This document shows positions 37,968-48,286 of a stretch of 62,925 nucleotides of DNA, piece by piece. Location: contig JBKPDQ010000061.1 of the NCBI GenBank assembly GCA_046728015.1, forward strand, positions 1 to 62,925. The letters run 5' to 3'. This DNA comes from Actinomycetota bacterium (GTDB lineage Bacteria; Actinomycetota; Thermoleophilia; Solirubrobacterales; 70-9). The position numbers and the translations under genes are program-made. The stretch's first letter is position 1, and each line of letters starts with the position of its first letter. The notes under the pieces are model-generated. The model did not search any database. It saw nothing but the letters and a program-made list of their open reading frames with translations, and was not told where the DNA came from.

Positions 37968-38621
37968 CTACGGCTCGATCAGCCCGCGGCGAATCGCGTA
38001 ACGCACGAGCTCGACCCGATCGCGCATGCCGAGCTTTCGCATCGCGTTCGAGCGGTGGTTTTCGACCGTCTTCTCGGAGAGGTGAAGGATCTCCGCGATC
38101 TCCTTGTTGGTGTGCGCCTCGGCGACGAGCTTCACCACCTCCTGCTCGCGCGGCGTGAGCTCGTCGGTGCGCCCGGCGCTTTCGCCGAGCACGTCCTTGA
38201 TCAACGCCCGCTGCGCCTCCGGAGTGAGGAACGGCTCGCCTCGCTCCACGGCGCGAACGGCCTCCAGCAGCTCCACGTCGGCCTGGGCCTTGAGCACGTA
38301 GCCCGAGGCGCCCGCCTTCAGGGCCTCGAACAGGTAGCGCTCGTCGTCGTACATCGACAGGATCAGCACCGAGACGTCGGGCGCCTGCGCGCGGATCTCC
38401 CTGGTCGCCTGAAGGCCGGTGAGCTTGGGCATCTTCACGTCGAGGATCGCCAGGTCGGGCCGCTCGCGGATCGCCATGTCGCGCGCCTCGGCGCCGTCCG
38501 CGGCCTCGCCGATGACCTCGATGTCGTTCTGGCGCTCGAGCAGCATCCGCAGGCCCGAGCGGACGATGCCGTGGTCGTCGGCGATCAGGACCTTCACGTC
38601 ATCCCTTGCTTCGCTGCTCAT
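37968..38621 (-). CDS. NarL/LuxR-family response regulator
   Basis: VLIADDH..ILDVKMP receiver domain. C-terminal LTPREQEVVKLVAEAHTNKEIAEILHLSEKTVENH HTH. Confidence 0.9.
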   Translation of the reverse strand: MSSEARDDVKVLIADDHGIVRSGLRMLLERQNDIEVIGEAADGAEARDMAIRERPDLAILDVKMPKLTGLQATREIRAQAPDVSVLILSMYDDERYLFEALKAGASGYVLKAQADVELLEAVRAVERGEPFLTPEAQRALIKDVLGESAGRTDELTPREQEVVKLVAEAHTNKEIAEILHLSEKTVENHRSNAMRKLGMRDRVELVRYAIRRGLIEP

Positions 38622-39594
38622 CGTCTACATCTATCGGCACGCGGAGGCTGACCCTTGTGCCCAATTCCGGCCGCGACTCGACACGCAAGTCGCCTCCCAC
38701 CAGCAGCGCGCGCTCGCGCATGCCCGGCAGACCGAGTCCCTTCGCCGCCTGGTCGAAGGTGAATCCGCGGCCGTCGTCGCCCACGCGCAGCTCGACCTCG
38801 CCGTCCTCGCGCAGGAGCGATACCCGCACGTTCTCGGCGTCCGAGTGCTGGATTGCGTTCGAGAGCGCCTCCTGCGCGACCCGGTAGACGACGAGCTGCA
38901 CGTCTTGGGCGAGATCGGAGAAGTCCCCGTGCGACTCGAAGCTCGCCTGAACGCCCTCCGAGTCGAGCTCCTGGATGTGACCGGCCAGCGCCGCCTTCAG
39001 CCCCAGGTCGTCGAGGGCCGTCGGACGAAGCTGTCGCGAGAGGGCAAGCAGCTCCTGCATGGCCTGGTTAGCGAGCGCCTTGGTCTCGGTCAGCTCCCGC
39101 ATCAGGTAATGCGGTGCCTGCTGGCGGGCGGTCTCGAGGCGCAGCAACAGCCCGGTGAGCGACTGGTTCACCTCGTCGTGCAGGTCGCGAGCGATGCGGG
39201 CCCGTTCCTTCTCCTGGGCCGCCAGCGCGGCGCTCGAGGTCCGGCGGCGCTCTGCCTCGAGACGCTCCAGCATGCGGCGGAAGGCCCGGTTCAGGCGCTC
39301 GACCTCCTCCGGGCCGCCGAAGCTCACGTCCCCGCGCAGGTTGGCGCCGGGCCGCGAGAGGTCCGCGCGCTCCATCTCCTCGACCAGCCGCTCCAGCGGG
39401 CGGAACCGCCGCTGGATCAAGAACAGGTTCAGCAGCACCGTCAGCGCGACCGCGAACCCGAGGACCAGCGCAGCCTCTGGCTTCTCGCTGAAGTTGATGT
39501 CGGGATTCGCCGCCAGGATCGCCGCCACGACGGCGACGACGATCAGCAGCAGGTTGACGACCAGTACCTGGGTGAGCAGCCTCCGATCCCGCAT
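38599..39594 (-). CDS. Sensor histidine kinase (HisKA_3 / NarX-LiaS type)
   Basis: N-terminal TM helix, then H-box ARDLHDEVNQSL. HATPase region DDGRGF..GLGLPGMRERA. Confidence 0.85.
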   Translation of the reverse strand: MRDRRLLTQVLVVNLLLIVVAVVAAILAANPDINFSEKPEAALVLGFAVALTVLLNLFLIQRRFRPLERLVEEMERADLSRPGANLRGDVSFGGPEEVERLNRAFRRMLERLEAERRRTSSAALAAQEKERARIARDLHDEVNQSLTGLLLRLETARQQAPHYLMRELTETKALANQAMQELLALSRQLRPTALDDLGLKAALAGHIQELDSEGVQASFESHGDFSDLAQDVQLVVYRVAQEALSNAIQHSDAENVRVSLLREDGEVELRVGDDGRGFTFDQAAKGLGLPGMRERALLVGGDLRVESRPELGTRVSLRVPIDVDDEQRSKG

Positions 39595-39640
39595 GCCCTA
39601 AGTATCGGCCTCCAAGAGGCGTTTGGCCTGCCATGAAGTC

Positions 39641-39677
39641 AGGGGTTGGACCCCTCTGCGAATAGGGGTTGGCCCCC
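39641..39677. promoter_or_regulatory. Tandem direct repeat AGGGGTTGG(A/C)CCCC x2 in the divergent kinase/htpX intergenic region
   Basis: Copies at 39641..39654 and 39664..39677, 13 of 14 identical, 23 nt apart. Each copy is internally GGGG/CCCC palindromic. Confidence 0.35.
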
Positions 39678-39745
39678 ATGGGTGCGGCGACACAGTCAGT
39701 CAAAATATGTCGGAACCGATCAGGACCCAAAAGGAGCCGCCCGCG

Positions 39746-40606
39746 ATGACAACAACCCGCAAGTCCAACTTCGCCGCCACGCTGAGAACGACCATCCTGA
39801 TGGCGACCCTCGGCGGCTTGCTGGTCGCCATTGGCTACGCAATTGGCGGCATCCAGATCGCCAGCGTCTTCCTGGTCATCGCGCTGGTGATGAACTTCGT
39901 CTCCTACTGGTTCAGCGACAAGATCGCGCTGCGAATAAGCGGCGCGAAGCCGGTCTCCGAGCAGGAGGCGCCGGGGCTGTACCAGATGGTCCGCGAGCTG
40001 ACCACGCGTGCGGACCTGCCGATGCCGAGTCTGCACGTGATCCCGCACGACCAGCCCAACGCCTTCGCGACGGGTCGCGGCCCGAAGCACGCGGCGGTCG
40101 CGGTGACCAGCGGGATCATGAAGCTGCTCTCCGAGGACGAGCTGCGCGGCGTGATCTCACACGAGCTCGCGCACATCCGCAACCGCGACATCCTCACGCA
40201 GTCCGTCGCCTCGGCGATCGGCGCGATGATCACCTATCTCGCCTATTTCTTCCTCTGGTTCGGCGGCGACGACGAGTCACCGCTGGGGCTGATCGGGAGC
40301 CTGGCACTGGTCTTCCTCGCCCCGCTGGCAGCCTCGCTGATTCAGCTTGCGGTCTCACGGCAGCGCGAATACGCGGCCGACGCGACCGGTGCCGAGATCT
40401 CCGGGAATCCGGAGTCGCTGGCCTCGGCGCTGCTGAGGCTCGAAGAGGGAGCCAAGGCGATGCCGATGCAGGTCAACCAGGCGGCGGAGCCGCTCTACAT
40501 CGTCAAGCCGTTCTCGGGCGGCGGGATCGCGAGCCTGTTCTCGACGCACCCGCCAATCGAGGAGCGCGTCCGCCGGCTGCGGCAGATGCGCCCCGCGCTC
40601 GGCTAG
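39746..40606 (+). CDS. htpX: M48 family membrane zinc protease HtpX
   Basis: AAAGGAG RBS. HELAHIRNRD HExxH motif. TM helices. C-terminal ..STHPPIEERV. Confidence 0.9.
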   Translation: MTTTRKSNFAATLRTTILMATLGGLLVAIGYAIGGIQIASVFLVIALVMNFVSYWFSDKIALRISGAKPVSEQEAPGLYQMVRELTTRADLPMPSLHVIPHDQPNAFATGRGPKHAAVAVTSGIMKLLSEDELRGVISHELAHIRNRDILTQSVASAIGAMITYLAYFFLWFGGDDESPLGLIGSLALVFLAPLAASLIQLAVSRQREYAADATGAEISGNPESLASALLRLEEGAKAMPMQVNQAAEPLYIVKPFSGGGIASLFSTHPPIEERVRRLRQMRPALG

Positions 40607-40630
40607 CTCGCGGCGCAGCGAACGTCGACC

Positions 40631-40666
40631 GAGGGGCCCGGCCGCTGCCGGGCCTCTCAGCGTTTT
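40631..40666 (+). terminator. Intrinsic terminator after htpX
   Basis: 11-bp stem GAGGGGCCCGG/CCGGGCCTCTC (one G-U pair), followed by AGCGTTTT. Confidence 0.6.
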
Positions 40667-40735
40667 GCCCGCCGTGCCGCGCTACACTCTCCGAGAGTAA
40701 TACTTGAATCCGGATAGGGATTCGGAGGTTTGGGC

Positions 40736-41938
40736 GTGGCCACGGCTGCGGAGCCAATCGAGCAGATCAAGGAGCGGATCGAGGAGGTCGATCCGGCCGC
40801 CGCTCGCGATGAGATCGAGCGCGGCGACGTCGTCCTGCTCGACACCCGCGAGCTCAACGAGTGGAACGAGTCGCACCTGGAGGGCGCAACGCTTGTGCCC
40901 CCCGCCGAGGTCGTCGAGCGAGCCGACGAGGTCGCTCCGGATCCGTCGCAGCGGGTGCTGCTCTACTGCGCGTCTGGCAATCGCTCCGCTCGAGCGGCCG
41001 ACGCGCTGCAGAGCGAGCTCGGCTATCAGAACGTCGCGTCGGTCGCCGGCGGGATCAAGGCCTGGGAGGCCGCCGACCTGCCCGTGGTCGCCGCTGAGGG
41101 CCTGACCCCCGAGCAGCGCATGCGGTACTCGCGCCACACGCTTCTGCCCGAGGTCGGAGTCGAGGGACAGGCGAAGCTCTTGAACGCGAAGGTGCTGCTG
41201 CTCGGCGCCGGAGGGCTCGGGTCTCCGGCCGGCCTCTACCTGGCCGCGGCCGGGATCGGCACCCTTGGGATCGTCGACGACGACCTTGTCGACGAAACGA
41301 ATCTTCAGCGGCAGGTGATCCACGACACCACCCGCGTCGGTGCCCCGAAGACCGAGTCGGCGCGCCAGTCGATCGAGGCGCTCAATCCCGACGTCACGGT
41401 CGTCGAGCACCGCACGCGGCTTGGGCCCGAGAACGTCATTGAGCTGATCGAGCCCTACGACGTGATCGTGGACGGGGCCGACAACTTCCCCACCCGGTAC
41501 CTCCTCAACGACGCTTCCGTGCGCCTGCGCAAGCCCGTCGTCTCGGCCTCGATCCTCGCCTTCGACGGGCAGATCTCGACCTTCGTGCCCTACGAGGGGC
41601 CGTGCTATCGCTGCCTCTATCCGGTCCCGCCGCCGCCCGAGCTGGCGCCGAGCTGCGGGGCCGCCGGTGTGCTCGGCGTGATGGCCGGGGTAATGGGGCT
41701 GCTGCAGGCGAACGAGGTGATCAAGCTGGCCGCAGGAATCGGCGAGCCGCTGATCGGCCGCCTGCTGCTCTACGACTCGCTGGGGACCCGGTTCACCGAG
41801 CTCAAGGTCAAGCGCGATCCCGACTGCCCGATCTGCGGCGACGATGCGCCGGCGATCCCGGTCTCCGACATGGGCAAGTTCCCAGACTATGAGCTCTTCT
41901 GCGCCGCGCCGGCTCGCGAGCCGTCGCCGGCGGCGTGA
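40736..41938 (+). CDS. Rhodanese-MoeB/ThiF fusion: E1-like adenylyltransferase/sulfurtransferase (MoeZ-like, with the rhodanese domain N-terminal)
   Basis: Rhodanese loop YCASGNRS sits N-terminal. Then YSRHTLLPEVG, GAGGLGSP, and zinc Cys pairs CYRC / CPICG. GGAGG sits 7 nt before GTG 40736. TTG 40730 is an alternative start. Confidence 0.8.
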   Translation: MATAAEPIEQIKERIEEVDPAAARDEIERGDVVLLDTRELNEWNESHLEGATLVPPAEVVERADEVAPDPSQRVLLYCASGNRSARAADALQSELGYQNVASVAGGIKAWEAADLPVVAAEGLTPEQRMRYSRHTLLPEVGVEGQAKLLNAKVLLLGAGGLGSPAGLYLAAAGIGTLGIVDDDLVDETNLQRQVIHDTTRVGAPKTESARQSIEALNPDVTVVEHRTRLGPENVIELIEPYDVIVDGADNFPTRYLLNDASVRLRKPVVSASILAFDGQISTFVPYEGPCYRCLYPVPPPPELAPSCGAAGVLGVMAGVMGLLQANEVIKLAAGIGEPLIGRLLLYDSLGTRFTELKVKRDPDCPICGDDAPAIPVSDMGKFPDYELFCAAPAREPSPAA

Positions 41939-41972
41939 CGGCCGCCCCGCGGCACGGCTAGCTTCCCCGCCG

Positions 41973-42260
41973 ATGCCGAGGGTGAAGATCCCGCCCGTCC
42001 TGCGCGCCAAGACCGGCGGCGAGAGCGAAGTGGACGCCCCAGGCTCCGACGTGGGCGAGGTCCTCACCGCGCTCGCCGAGGCGCACCCCGAGACGCGCGA
42101 GCAGCTGTTCGCCCCCGACGGGGACCTGAACCGCTATGTCAACGTCTACCTCAACGACGAGGACGTGCGCGTCCTCGACGGGCTCGATACGGCCGTCGGC
42201 GACTCCGACACCGTGGTGATCCTGCCCGCCATGGCCGGCGGGGCGCCCTCAGTGCTCTAG
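41973..42260 (+). CDS. cysO: MoaD/ThiS-family sulfur carrier protein, CysO-like, with five residues after the GG
   Basis: [49 protein letters not shown] closely resembles mycobacterial CysO. Confidence 0.7.
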   Translation: MPRVKIPPVLRAKTGGESEVDAPGSDVGEVLTALAEAHPETREQLFAPDGDLNRYVNVYLNDEDVRVLDGLDTAVGDSDTVVILPAMAGGAPSVL

Positions 42261-43049
42261 GACCAGGCCGAGGAAGCGCTTCGTGCGCTCCTCGCGTGGG
42301 TTGCCGAGCAACTCGTGCGGAGGGCCCTCCTCGACGATCACGCCGTCGTCCATGAACACGACGTGGTCGCCGACGCCGCGGGCGAACCCCATCTCGTGAG
42401 TGACGACGACCATCGTCATCCCCTCCTCGGCCAGCTCCTGCATCACGTCGAGCACCTCCTTGATCAGCTCCGGGTCGAGTGCACTGGTGACCTCGTCGAA
42501 GAGCATCACGTGCGGATCCATCGCCAGCGCTCGGGCGATCGCCACCCGCTGCTGCTGTCCGCCCGACAGCCGCTCGGGATACTCGTCCATCTTGTCGGCG
42601 AGTCCGACTCGGGCCATCAACCCCTGTGCCTTGCCCTCGGCTACGTCAGCCGGACGCCCGAGCACCTTCTCCTGGGCCAGGATCACGTTCTCGATCGCGG
42701 ACCTATGCGGGAACAGGTTGAACTGCTGAAACACGATCCCGACCCGCCGCCGCACGAAGTCAATGTCATCGGCTGCCGCCCGGCCGGTGATCTCGCGACC
42801 CTCGAGCAGGATCCTGCCCTCGTCGGGCGGTTCGAGCAGGTTGACGCAGCGCAGTAGCGTCGACTTGCCCGAGCCGCTGGGGCCGATCACGCACACCACC
42901 TGGCCCTGGCCGACTTCGAGGCTGACCCCGCGGAGAACGTGCAGGTCGCCGAAGCGCTTGTGGACGTCCTCGAGGCGCAGCATCTCGCCATCGCCAGCAG
43001 CCGGGACCTCCAGCCCGGCCGCGTCCCGCACACTTACCGCTCGCTCCAT
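42249..43049 (-). CDS. Polar amino acid ABC transporter ATP-binding protein
   Basis: [24 protein letters not shown] and [14 protein letters not shown] 42983 is an alternative start. Confidence 0.85.
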   Translation of the reverse strand: MERAVSVRDAAGLEVPAAGDGEMLRLEDVHKRFGDLHVLRGVSLEVGQGQVVCVIGPSGSGKSTLLRCVNLLEPPDEGRILLEGREITGRAAADDIDFVRRRVGIVFQQFNLFPHRSAIENVILAQEKVLGRPADVAEGKAQGLMARVGLADKMDEYPERLSGGQQQRVAIARALAMDPHVMLFDEVTSALDPELIKEVLDVMQELAEEGMTMVVVTHEMGFARGVGDHVVFMDDGVIVEEGPPHELLGNPREERTKRFLGLVLEH

Positions 43050-43059
43050 TCCCACGATC

Positions 43060-43869
43060 CTACGCTCCGGCCATCCCGGTGGCCGGTGGCCCCTTCGGTT
43101 CGGCCTCGCGGGGCTCGGCTCCCGGAGGGGCGGCGCCGCCACGTTCGGTCCGCCGTTGCTCACGCGCGATCAGCCAGTCGACCAGCCGTGCCAGTGGAAT
43201 TGTTACGACCAAGAACATCAGCGCCCCGAGTGTCAGCGCGGAGCCGTTGATCTGCTCGGTCTGGACGTCGAACCCGACCTGCACCACTTCGAGCGCCCCA
43301 AGTATCCCGACGAGCGAGGTGTCCTTCATCAAGGCGATGAAGTCGTTCAGCAGCGGCGGGATCACCTTGCTTACGGCCTGGGGCACGATCACGTAGCGCA
43401 TCGACTGTCCGTGGCTCATCCCGAGCGACCGCGCCGCTTCCATCTGGCCGCGCGGAACCGCCTCGATCCCGGCCCGGTAGACCTCGGCCATGTAGGCGCC
43501 GTACGTGATCGTCAGTCCCATCACGCCCCACCAGAACGGCGACGTCTCGCCGAACCAGGTCGGAAGCCCGAGCTCTCTCGGGATCACGCCCTCGTTCTGC
43601 GCAGCGGAGAGAAAGCCCGAGAGCAGCAGGAGCACCAGCAGCAGCGGTATGCCTCGGAAGACGTCGATGTACGCGATCGCGATCCAGCGCACCGGCGCGA
43701 GCGGCCGCCCGGGAAGCTGGCGCAGCACGGCGAGCACCAAGCCCCAGGCCAGGGACAGGGCCCCCGAGATGATCGACAGCTTGAGCGTGAGCCAGAAGCC
43801 GTCGAGGACGCGGCTGAACTCGTCGCCCATGATGTTGAAGTCGAAGTAGTAGTGGGTGATGAAGTCCAT
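43060..43869 (-). CDS. Amino acid ABC transporter permease (His/Glu/Gln/Arg/opine family)
   Basis: [34 protein letters not shown]-loop region. Confidence 0.85.
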   Translation of the reverse strand: MDFITHYYFDFNIMGDEFSRVLDGFWLTLKLSIISGALSLAWGLVLAVLRQLPGRPLAPVRWIAIAYIDVFRGIPLLLVLLLLSGFLSAAQNEGVIPRELGLPTWFGETSPFWWGVMGLTITYGAYMAEVYRAGIEAVPRGQMEAARSLGMSHGQSMRYVIVPQAVSKVIPPLLNDFIALMKDTSLVGILGALEVVQVGFDVQTEQINGSALTLGALMFLVVTIPLARLVDWLIAREQRRTERGGAAPPGAEPREAEPKGPPATGMAGA

Positions 43870-43965
43870 CTCGCTCCTCCGCTCGTGTTCGGCGCGAGGC
43901 TATTCGCTTCGGGGAACGAGAAGGGGCGCCGTGGGCGCCCCCTTCGCTCAGCTCTTGGTGTGGCT

Positions 43966-44835
43966 CTAGTCGTCCGTGAGCAGCTCGTTCGTGCCCTCGA
44001 GCACCTGGCGCGGCGGCTCGCTGTCGAAGTACTTCTCGTAGAACTCCGCGAGCGTGCCGTCCTCCTTGAGCGTCGCCAGCTGCTCGTTCATCGCCTCGCG
44101 CAGAGCGTCGTTCTCCGGCGCCACGGCGAACCCGAACAGGTCCGGGGTGATCGCGGCGAAGCTGTCGGCGATCTCCATACCGCCCTGCTTCTCGAGCGCG
44201 TCGGCGGCGACGGCCTCATCGATCAGCGCCGCGTCCACCGCTCCAGTGAGGAGGGAGGAGAGGGCGTTCGTGCCCTCCGGGAATCCCCGGACCTCCGAGG
44301 CGTCGGTCTCGTTGTTGGCGAAGTCCTCCTGGATGGTTCCGTCCTGGGTCCCCACGATCTTGCCGCTCAGGTCGTCCACGGTGGCGATGTCCGAGCCCTC
44401 CGCCACCACGAGCGCAGTCGCGCTCGCGTAATACGGGTCGGTGAAGTCAACCTCCTTCTCGCGCCCGGGCTTGATCGTCGATGCCGCCGCGGCGGTGTCG
44501 AATTGCCCGGCGGCCACGTCGCGGAAGATCGTTGCGAAGCCCGTGTCCTGGTACTCGACCTCCAGCCCGAGGCCCTCGGCGATCGCGTTCAGCACGTCGA
44601 TGTCGTAGCCGGTGACGTTCGGGGGTTGACCCTGCTCGAAGGGCGGATAGGGGGTGTCGACGCCGATGAAGAGCGTGCCCTCTGTGATCAGGCCGAGGTC
44701 CTCGCCGCCGCCCGTCGCGGCGGTCGTCTCCTCGCCGCCGTCGTCATCGTCGTCGTCGCCACAGCCCGCGGCCACGAACGCGGTCGCCGCCAGGGCGAGA
44801 AGTCCAATTACCAGCCAGAGCCGACTCCTACTCAT
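43966..44835 (-). CDS. Amino acid ABC transporter substrate-binding lipoprotein
   Basis: Lipobox VAAGCGDDDDDD. Family-3 SBP features (..YPPFE..GYDIDV..). Confidence 0.8.
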   Translation of the reverse strand: MSRSRLWLVIGLLALAATAFVAAGCGDDDDDDGGEETTAATGGGEDLGLITEGTLFIGVDTPYPPFEQGQPPNVTGYDIDVLNAIAEGLGLEVEYQDTGFATIFRDVAAGQFDTAAAASTIKPGREKEVDFTDPYYASATALVVAEGSDIATVDDLSGKIVGTQDGTIQEDFANNETDASEVRGFPEGTNALSSLLTGAVDAALIDEAVAADALEKQGGMEIADSFAAITPDLFGFAVAPENDALREAMNEQLATLKEDGTLAEFYEKYFDSEPPRQVLEGTNELLTDD

Positions 44836-44950
44836 CGATACCTCTCTCAAGTCGCTTGTCCGGCTGTCCCGCCGGATCCGGGCGGCAACATACACCCCTC
44901 GTGCGAGCGGGGGCGGGCGCCTCTGCCGCAGCACTACACTTCGTGAAGCG

Positions 44951-45916
44951 ATGCTTGGGGAGACGCTCAACCGCCCCTGCGGCGGCCGCTACGGCAACGT
45001 CCTCGAGGCGGTCGGCAACACGCCCTTGGTCGAGCTCCCACGCCTGTCGCCGAAGCCCAGCGTCCGGATCTACGCCAAGCTCGAGGGGCGCAACCCGACC
45101 GGCTCGGTCAAGGACCGCGTCGCCAAGGCGATGATCGAGGCAGCGGAGGCCGAAGGGGCGATCGCGCCCGGACAGACGATCCTCGAGCCGACCTCGGGCA
45201 ACACCGGCATCTCCCTGGGGATGATCTGCCGCCGCAAGGGCTACCCGCTCAAGGTCGTGATGCCCGACAACGTGACTGGGGAGCGCACGCAGCTGCTGCG
45301 GATGTACGGCGCGGAGATCGTCTATTCCGAGGGCGCCAAGGGCTCAAACGGCGCGGTGGAGCTGGCGCTGGAGATGGCCGAGAGCGACCCCTCCTACTAC
45401 ATGCCCTACCAGTACGGAAACGAGGCCAACCCGCGCGCCCACTACGAGGGCACCGCCCCGGAGATCCTCGAGGAGCTCGACGAGGTCGCCGCGTTCGTCG
45501 GCGGTCTAGGCACGGGCGGCACGCTGATGGGAGTCGGGCGGCGCCTCAAGGAACACGATCCCGAGACCCAGATCGTCGCCGCCGAGCCGGCCCAGGGCGA
45601 GCTCGTTCAGGGCCTGCGCTCCCTGGACGACGGCTACATCCCGCCGATAATCGATCTCTCCCTGCTCGATCGCAAGATCCTGGTCTCAAACCACGACGCG
45701 ATCCTTTGGACCCAGAAGCTGCTCCACGAGGAGGGCCTGTTCGCCGGCGTCTCCGCCGGCGCGATCGCCGCGATCTGCGTGCGCATCGCGGGGGAGCTCG
45801 ACGAGGGAAACGTCGTCTTTCTGGTTCCCGACGACGGCTGGAAGTACCTCTCCTCTGGTGTCTACACGACGCCGGTCGAGGAGCTAGAGGACATCGAGAA
45901 CACGGTCTGGTGGTAG
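44951..45916 (+). CDS. cysM: Cysteine synthase B / O-phosphoserine sulfhydrylase-type PLP enzyme
   Basis: GNTPLVEL, NPTGSVKDR (PLP lysine), SGNTGISL and GLGTGGT. Confidence 0.85.
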   Translation: MLGETLNRPCGGRYGNVLEAVGNTPLVELPRLSPKPSVRIYAKLEGRNPTGSVKDRVAKAMIEAAEAEGAIAPGQTILEPTSGNTGISLGMICRRKGYPLKVVMPDNVTGERTQLLRMYGAEIVYSEGAKGSNGAVELALEMAESDPSYYMPYQYGNEANPRAHYEGTAPEILEELDEVAAFVGGLGTGGTLMGVGRRLKEHDPETQIVAAEPAQGELVQGLRSLDDGYIPPIIDLSLLDRKILVSNHDAILWTQKLLHEEGLFAGVSAGAIAAICVRIAGELDEGNVVFLVPDDGWKYLSSGVYTTPVEELEDIENTVWW

Positions 45917-45923
45917 TGACGCG

Positions 45924-46310
45924 GTGGAGCCGCTTCGCACCGAGGGCCTGGATCACGTCGCGATCACGGTCTCGGACCTAGAGCGATCGCACGCCTTCTA
46001 CGCGAACGTGCTGGGCCTGGAGCGCGCGTACGAGGATTGGCACGTGCCGGTGTTCATGCTTGCCGGGAAGAGCGGGCTCGCCCTCTTCCCGCGCGCGTCG
46101 CATCCGGGGTCGGGAGGCGATGCCGGGGTGCCTGAGATCCGCGTTATGCACGTTGCCTTCCGCGTCGATCGGCCGCAGTTCGACCGGGCCCGCGCCGAGC
46201 TGCCGACTGAGGGGATCGAGCCTCGCTTCGCCGACCATGGCTCGTGTCACTCGATCTACTTTCCGGACCCCGACGGGCACGAGATCGAGCTCACGACCTA
46301 CGAGGTCTGA
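45924..46310 (+). CDS. VOC/glyoxalase family protein
   Basis: LDHVAITVSDLERSHAFY..HVAF..DPDGHEIEL. GTG start. Confidence 0.75.
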   Translation: MEPLRTEGLDHVAITVSDLERSHAFYANVLGLERAYEDWHVPVFMLAGKSGLALFPRASHPGSGGDAGVPEIRVMHVAFRVDRPQFDRARAELPTEGIEPRFADHGSCHSIYFPDPDGHEIELTTYEV

Positions 46311-46332
46311 GATCCCGGCTGCTTCCGAACGC

Positions 46333-47109
46333 GTGGCCGAACGGGTGCGCGCCCTGGCGGCCGACTACGAGCCGCCGGACTTCGCCCACGTGCCGGATCC
46401 CGACGCGGCGCTGTTTCTCTGTGCGATCGACCATCGCACGGGCTACCGCACCGGGCACTTGGTCGATGGGCGCGGCCCCTTCGAGGGCAGCGAGCTGCTG
46501 TGGGAGGTCGGATTGCGATCGGGGCGGCGCCGGCCCCGCTCGTTGGCCGCGCCAGCGCTGGTCGATGTCGGCGCCGACGAGGTCGCCGAGATGTTTCGAA
46601 TCGACGACCAGACGGTCTTCGATCCCGAACGGCGAGCGGAGCTGTGGCGCGATCTGGCCGCCGGCCTCATCCGCGACTACTCGGGATCCGCGACCGAGCT
46701 GCTGGCGGCGAGCGGCGGAAGGCTGGGTGGGGGAGGAGGGCTGCTCGAGCGTCTGCGCCGGTTCGAGGCCTACTCGGATCCGCTCGCCAAGAAGTCGTTC
46801 CTGCTCGCGAAGATCGCCGAGCGACGGGGATGGCTGCGGGTCTCGGATCCGGAGGCCTGGGAGGTATGCGCCGACAACGTGCTGATGCGGCTTGCGCTTC
46901 GCAGCGGGCTGGTCGAGCCGGGGGAGCTCGACGACGTGCGCTCGGCCACCCGGGACGGGTTCAAGCAGGTGGCGAATCGGGCAGGAGTCTCTCCGCCGGT
47001 GCTCGACGACCTCCTCTGGGAGCTCGGCCGCGACGACCCGGACCTGCTCGGGACCAATGCCGGCGACCTGAAGGAGCCCGCCCGCGATCCGGCGAAGCCC
47101 TGGTATTAG
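46333..47109 (+). CDS. Hypothetical protein, weakly reminiscent of the queuosine-salvage DUF2419 family
   Basis: A coding-like sequence follows the VOC gene. Segments FLLAKIAERRGWL and CADNVLMRLALRSGLV resemble DUF2419 motifs only loosely. The GTG start is inferred. Confidence 0.45.
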   Translation: MAERVRALAADYEPPDFAHVPDPDAALFLCAIDHRTGYRTGHLVDGRGPFEGSELLWEVGLRSGRRRPRSLAAPALVDVGADEVAEMFRIDDQTVFDPERRAELWRDLAAGLIRDYSGSATELLAASGGRLGGGGGLLERLRRFEAYSDPLAKKSFLLAKIAERRGWLRVSDPEAWEVCADNVLMRLALRSGLVEPGELDDVRSATRDGFKQVANRAGVSPPVLDDLLWELGRDDPDLLGTNAGDLKEPARDPAKPWY

Positions 47110-47888
47110 CCGCGCAACTGCAGCGGGCCCGAAGTCGCCCCGCTGACCAGCTGGTTCACGAACGGGTCGGACGAGCCCAAGACAGAGTCGGCAGGCCCGC
47201 TCGCCACGATCCGGCCCTCGCCGATCACTGCCACGTTGTGCGCCAGCCGCCGAGCCGCGGACATGTCGTGGGTCGCGACCAGGTAGGTGGCGCCCGTCTC
47301 GCGTTGGGAATCGCGCAGCAGGTCGCACAGCAGCGCCAGTCGCACGCCGTCGATGCCGCTGTCGAAGTCGTCGATGATCACGATCCGGGACTTCGAGACG
47401 AGCGCTCGCGCGAGCGCGACTCGCTTCGTCATGCCGGCGGAGAGCTGATCCGGCATCGCGCCGGCCCGGTCTCGAAGGCCGACCATCCCCAAGTGCTCCA
47501 GGACGACCGAGCGGATCTCCTCCTCGGACATGCGGGTGCGCCTGCGCAGCACGAAGGCGACGTTCTCGAACACGTCGAGTGAGTAGAACAGCCCGCAGGT
47601 GAAGGGCAGCGTCCCCTGTAGGACGACACCCATCCCGGCACGCAGCTCGTTCAGCTCCTGCTCGCTCAGCGTCGCGAGGTTTCTGCCCTCCAGCCGCACC
47701 ACCCCACGCGTGGGCTCGAACAGCCCAAGCACGTGCTTGATCGTGACCGTCTTGCCCGCCCCGGACGGGCCGAGGAGGACGGTGATCTGGCCCGCGGGCA
47801 CCGCGAGGTGGACGTCCTCGAGCACCCGCTTGCGCCCGAAGTCTTTGACCACGCCTTCGAGCTCGATCGCAGGGGTCGTGGTTCCCAT
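47106..47888 (-). CDS. MlaF/Mkl-like ABC transporter ATP-binding protein
   Basis: GPSGAGKT, LSAGMTKRVALARAL and IIIDDFDSGID. The ATG overlaps the upstream stop by 1 nt. Confidence 0.8.
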   Translation of the reverse strand: MGTTTPAIELEGVVKDFGRKRVLEDVHLAVPAGQITVLLGPSGAGKTVTIKHVLGLFEPTRGVVRLEGRNLATLSEQELNELRAGMGVVLQGTLPFTCGLFYSLDVFENVAFVLRRRTRMSEEEIRSVVLEHLGMVGLRDRAGAMPDQLSAGMTKRVALARALVSKSRIVIIDDFDSGIDGVRLALLCDLLRDSQRETGATYLVATHDMSAARRLAHNVAVIGEGRIVASGPADSVLGSSDPFVNQLVSGATSGPLQLRG

Positions 47889-48286
47889 CAGATGACCTGG
47901 TGGGGCGGGTTTTCGGCGAACACGAAGAACCAGATTGTCAGGGCAACCAGCGCCACCGCGAGCGAGAGGATCAGCATCGGCTCCAACGGGCCGCGCAGAC
48001 GGCGTTGCCAGCCGGCCTCGCGCTCGTCGGTGGCGAGCCGCTCGAAGACCCCGGTGACGCGCAGGTAGAGGTTGTTGAGCCAAAAGAGCGCGGGAGCGAA
48101 CAGCGCCATCGCAATCGGCACCAGCAGCAGGCCCAGCACGAAGTGACCGGCGAACGAGTCCGTCGCCTTCGACAACGCCCACAGGACGCCGATGGGGATC
48201 CCGACCCAGAAGACCGCGCAGGTAACGGCCAAGACCACCAGGACGAAGGCGCCGGCGAGGCGACGGGTGTCGATCAACGCGGTCAT
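47888..48286 (-). CDS. Four-helix membrane protein, unknown function, embedded in the Mla-like operon
   Basis: MTALIDTRRLAGAFVLVVLAVTCAVFWVGIPIGVLW.. ATGA overlap with the permease gene stop. Confidence 0.6.
   Translation of the reverse strand: MTALIDTRRLAGAFVLVVLAVTCAVFWVGIPIGVLWALSKATDSFAGHFVLGLLLVPIAMALFAPALFWLNNLYLRVTGVFERLATDEREAGWQRRLRGPLEPMLILSLAVALVALTIWFFVFAENPPHQVI

Noticed and set aside
44836-44950. Possible SAM/S-box-like riboswitch upstream of cysM (CTCATCGA.. and ..GGCAAC.. strings).
   Set aside because: The conserved GAGGGA / GCCC core and the pairing architecture of SAM-I and SAM-IV are absent. The resemblance is limited to two short strings. A covariance-model scan (Rfam) would be needed.
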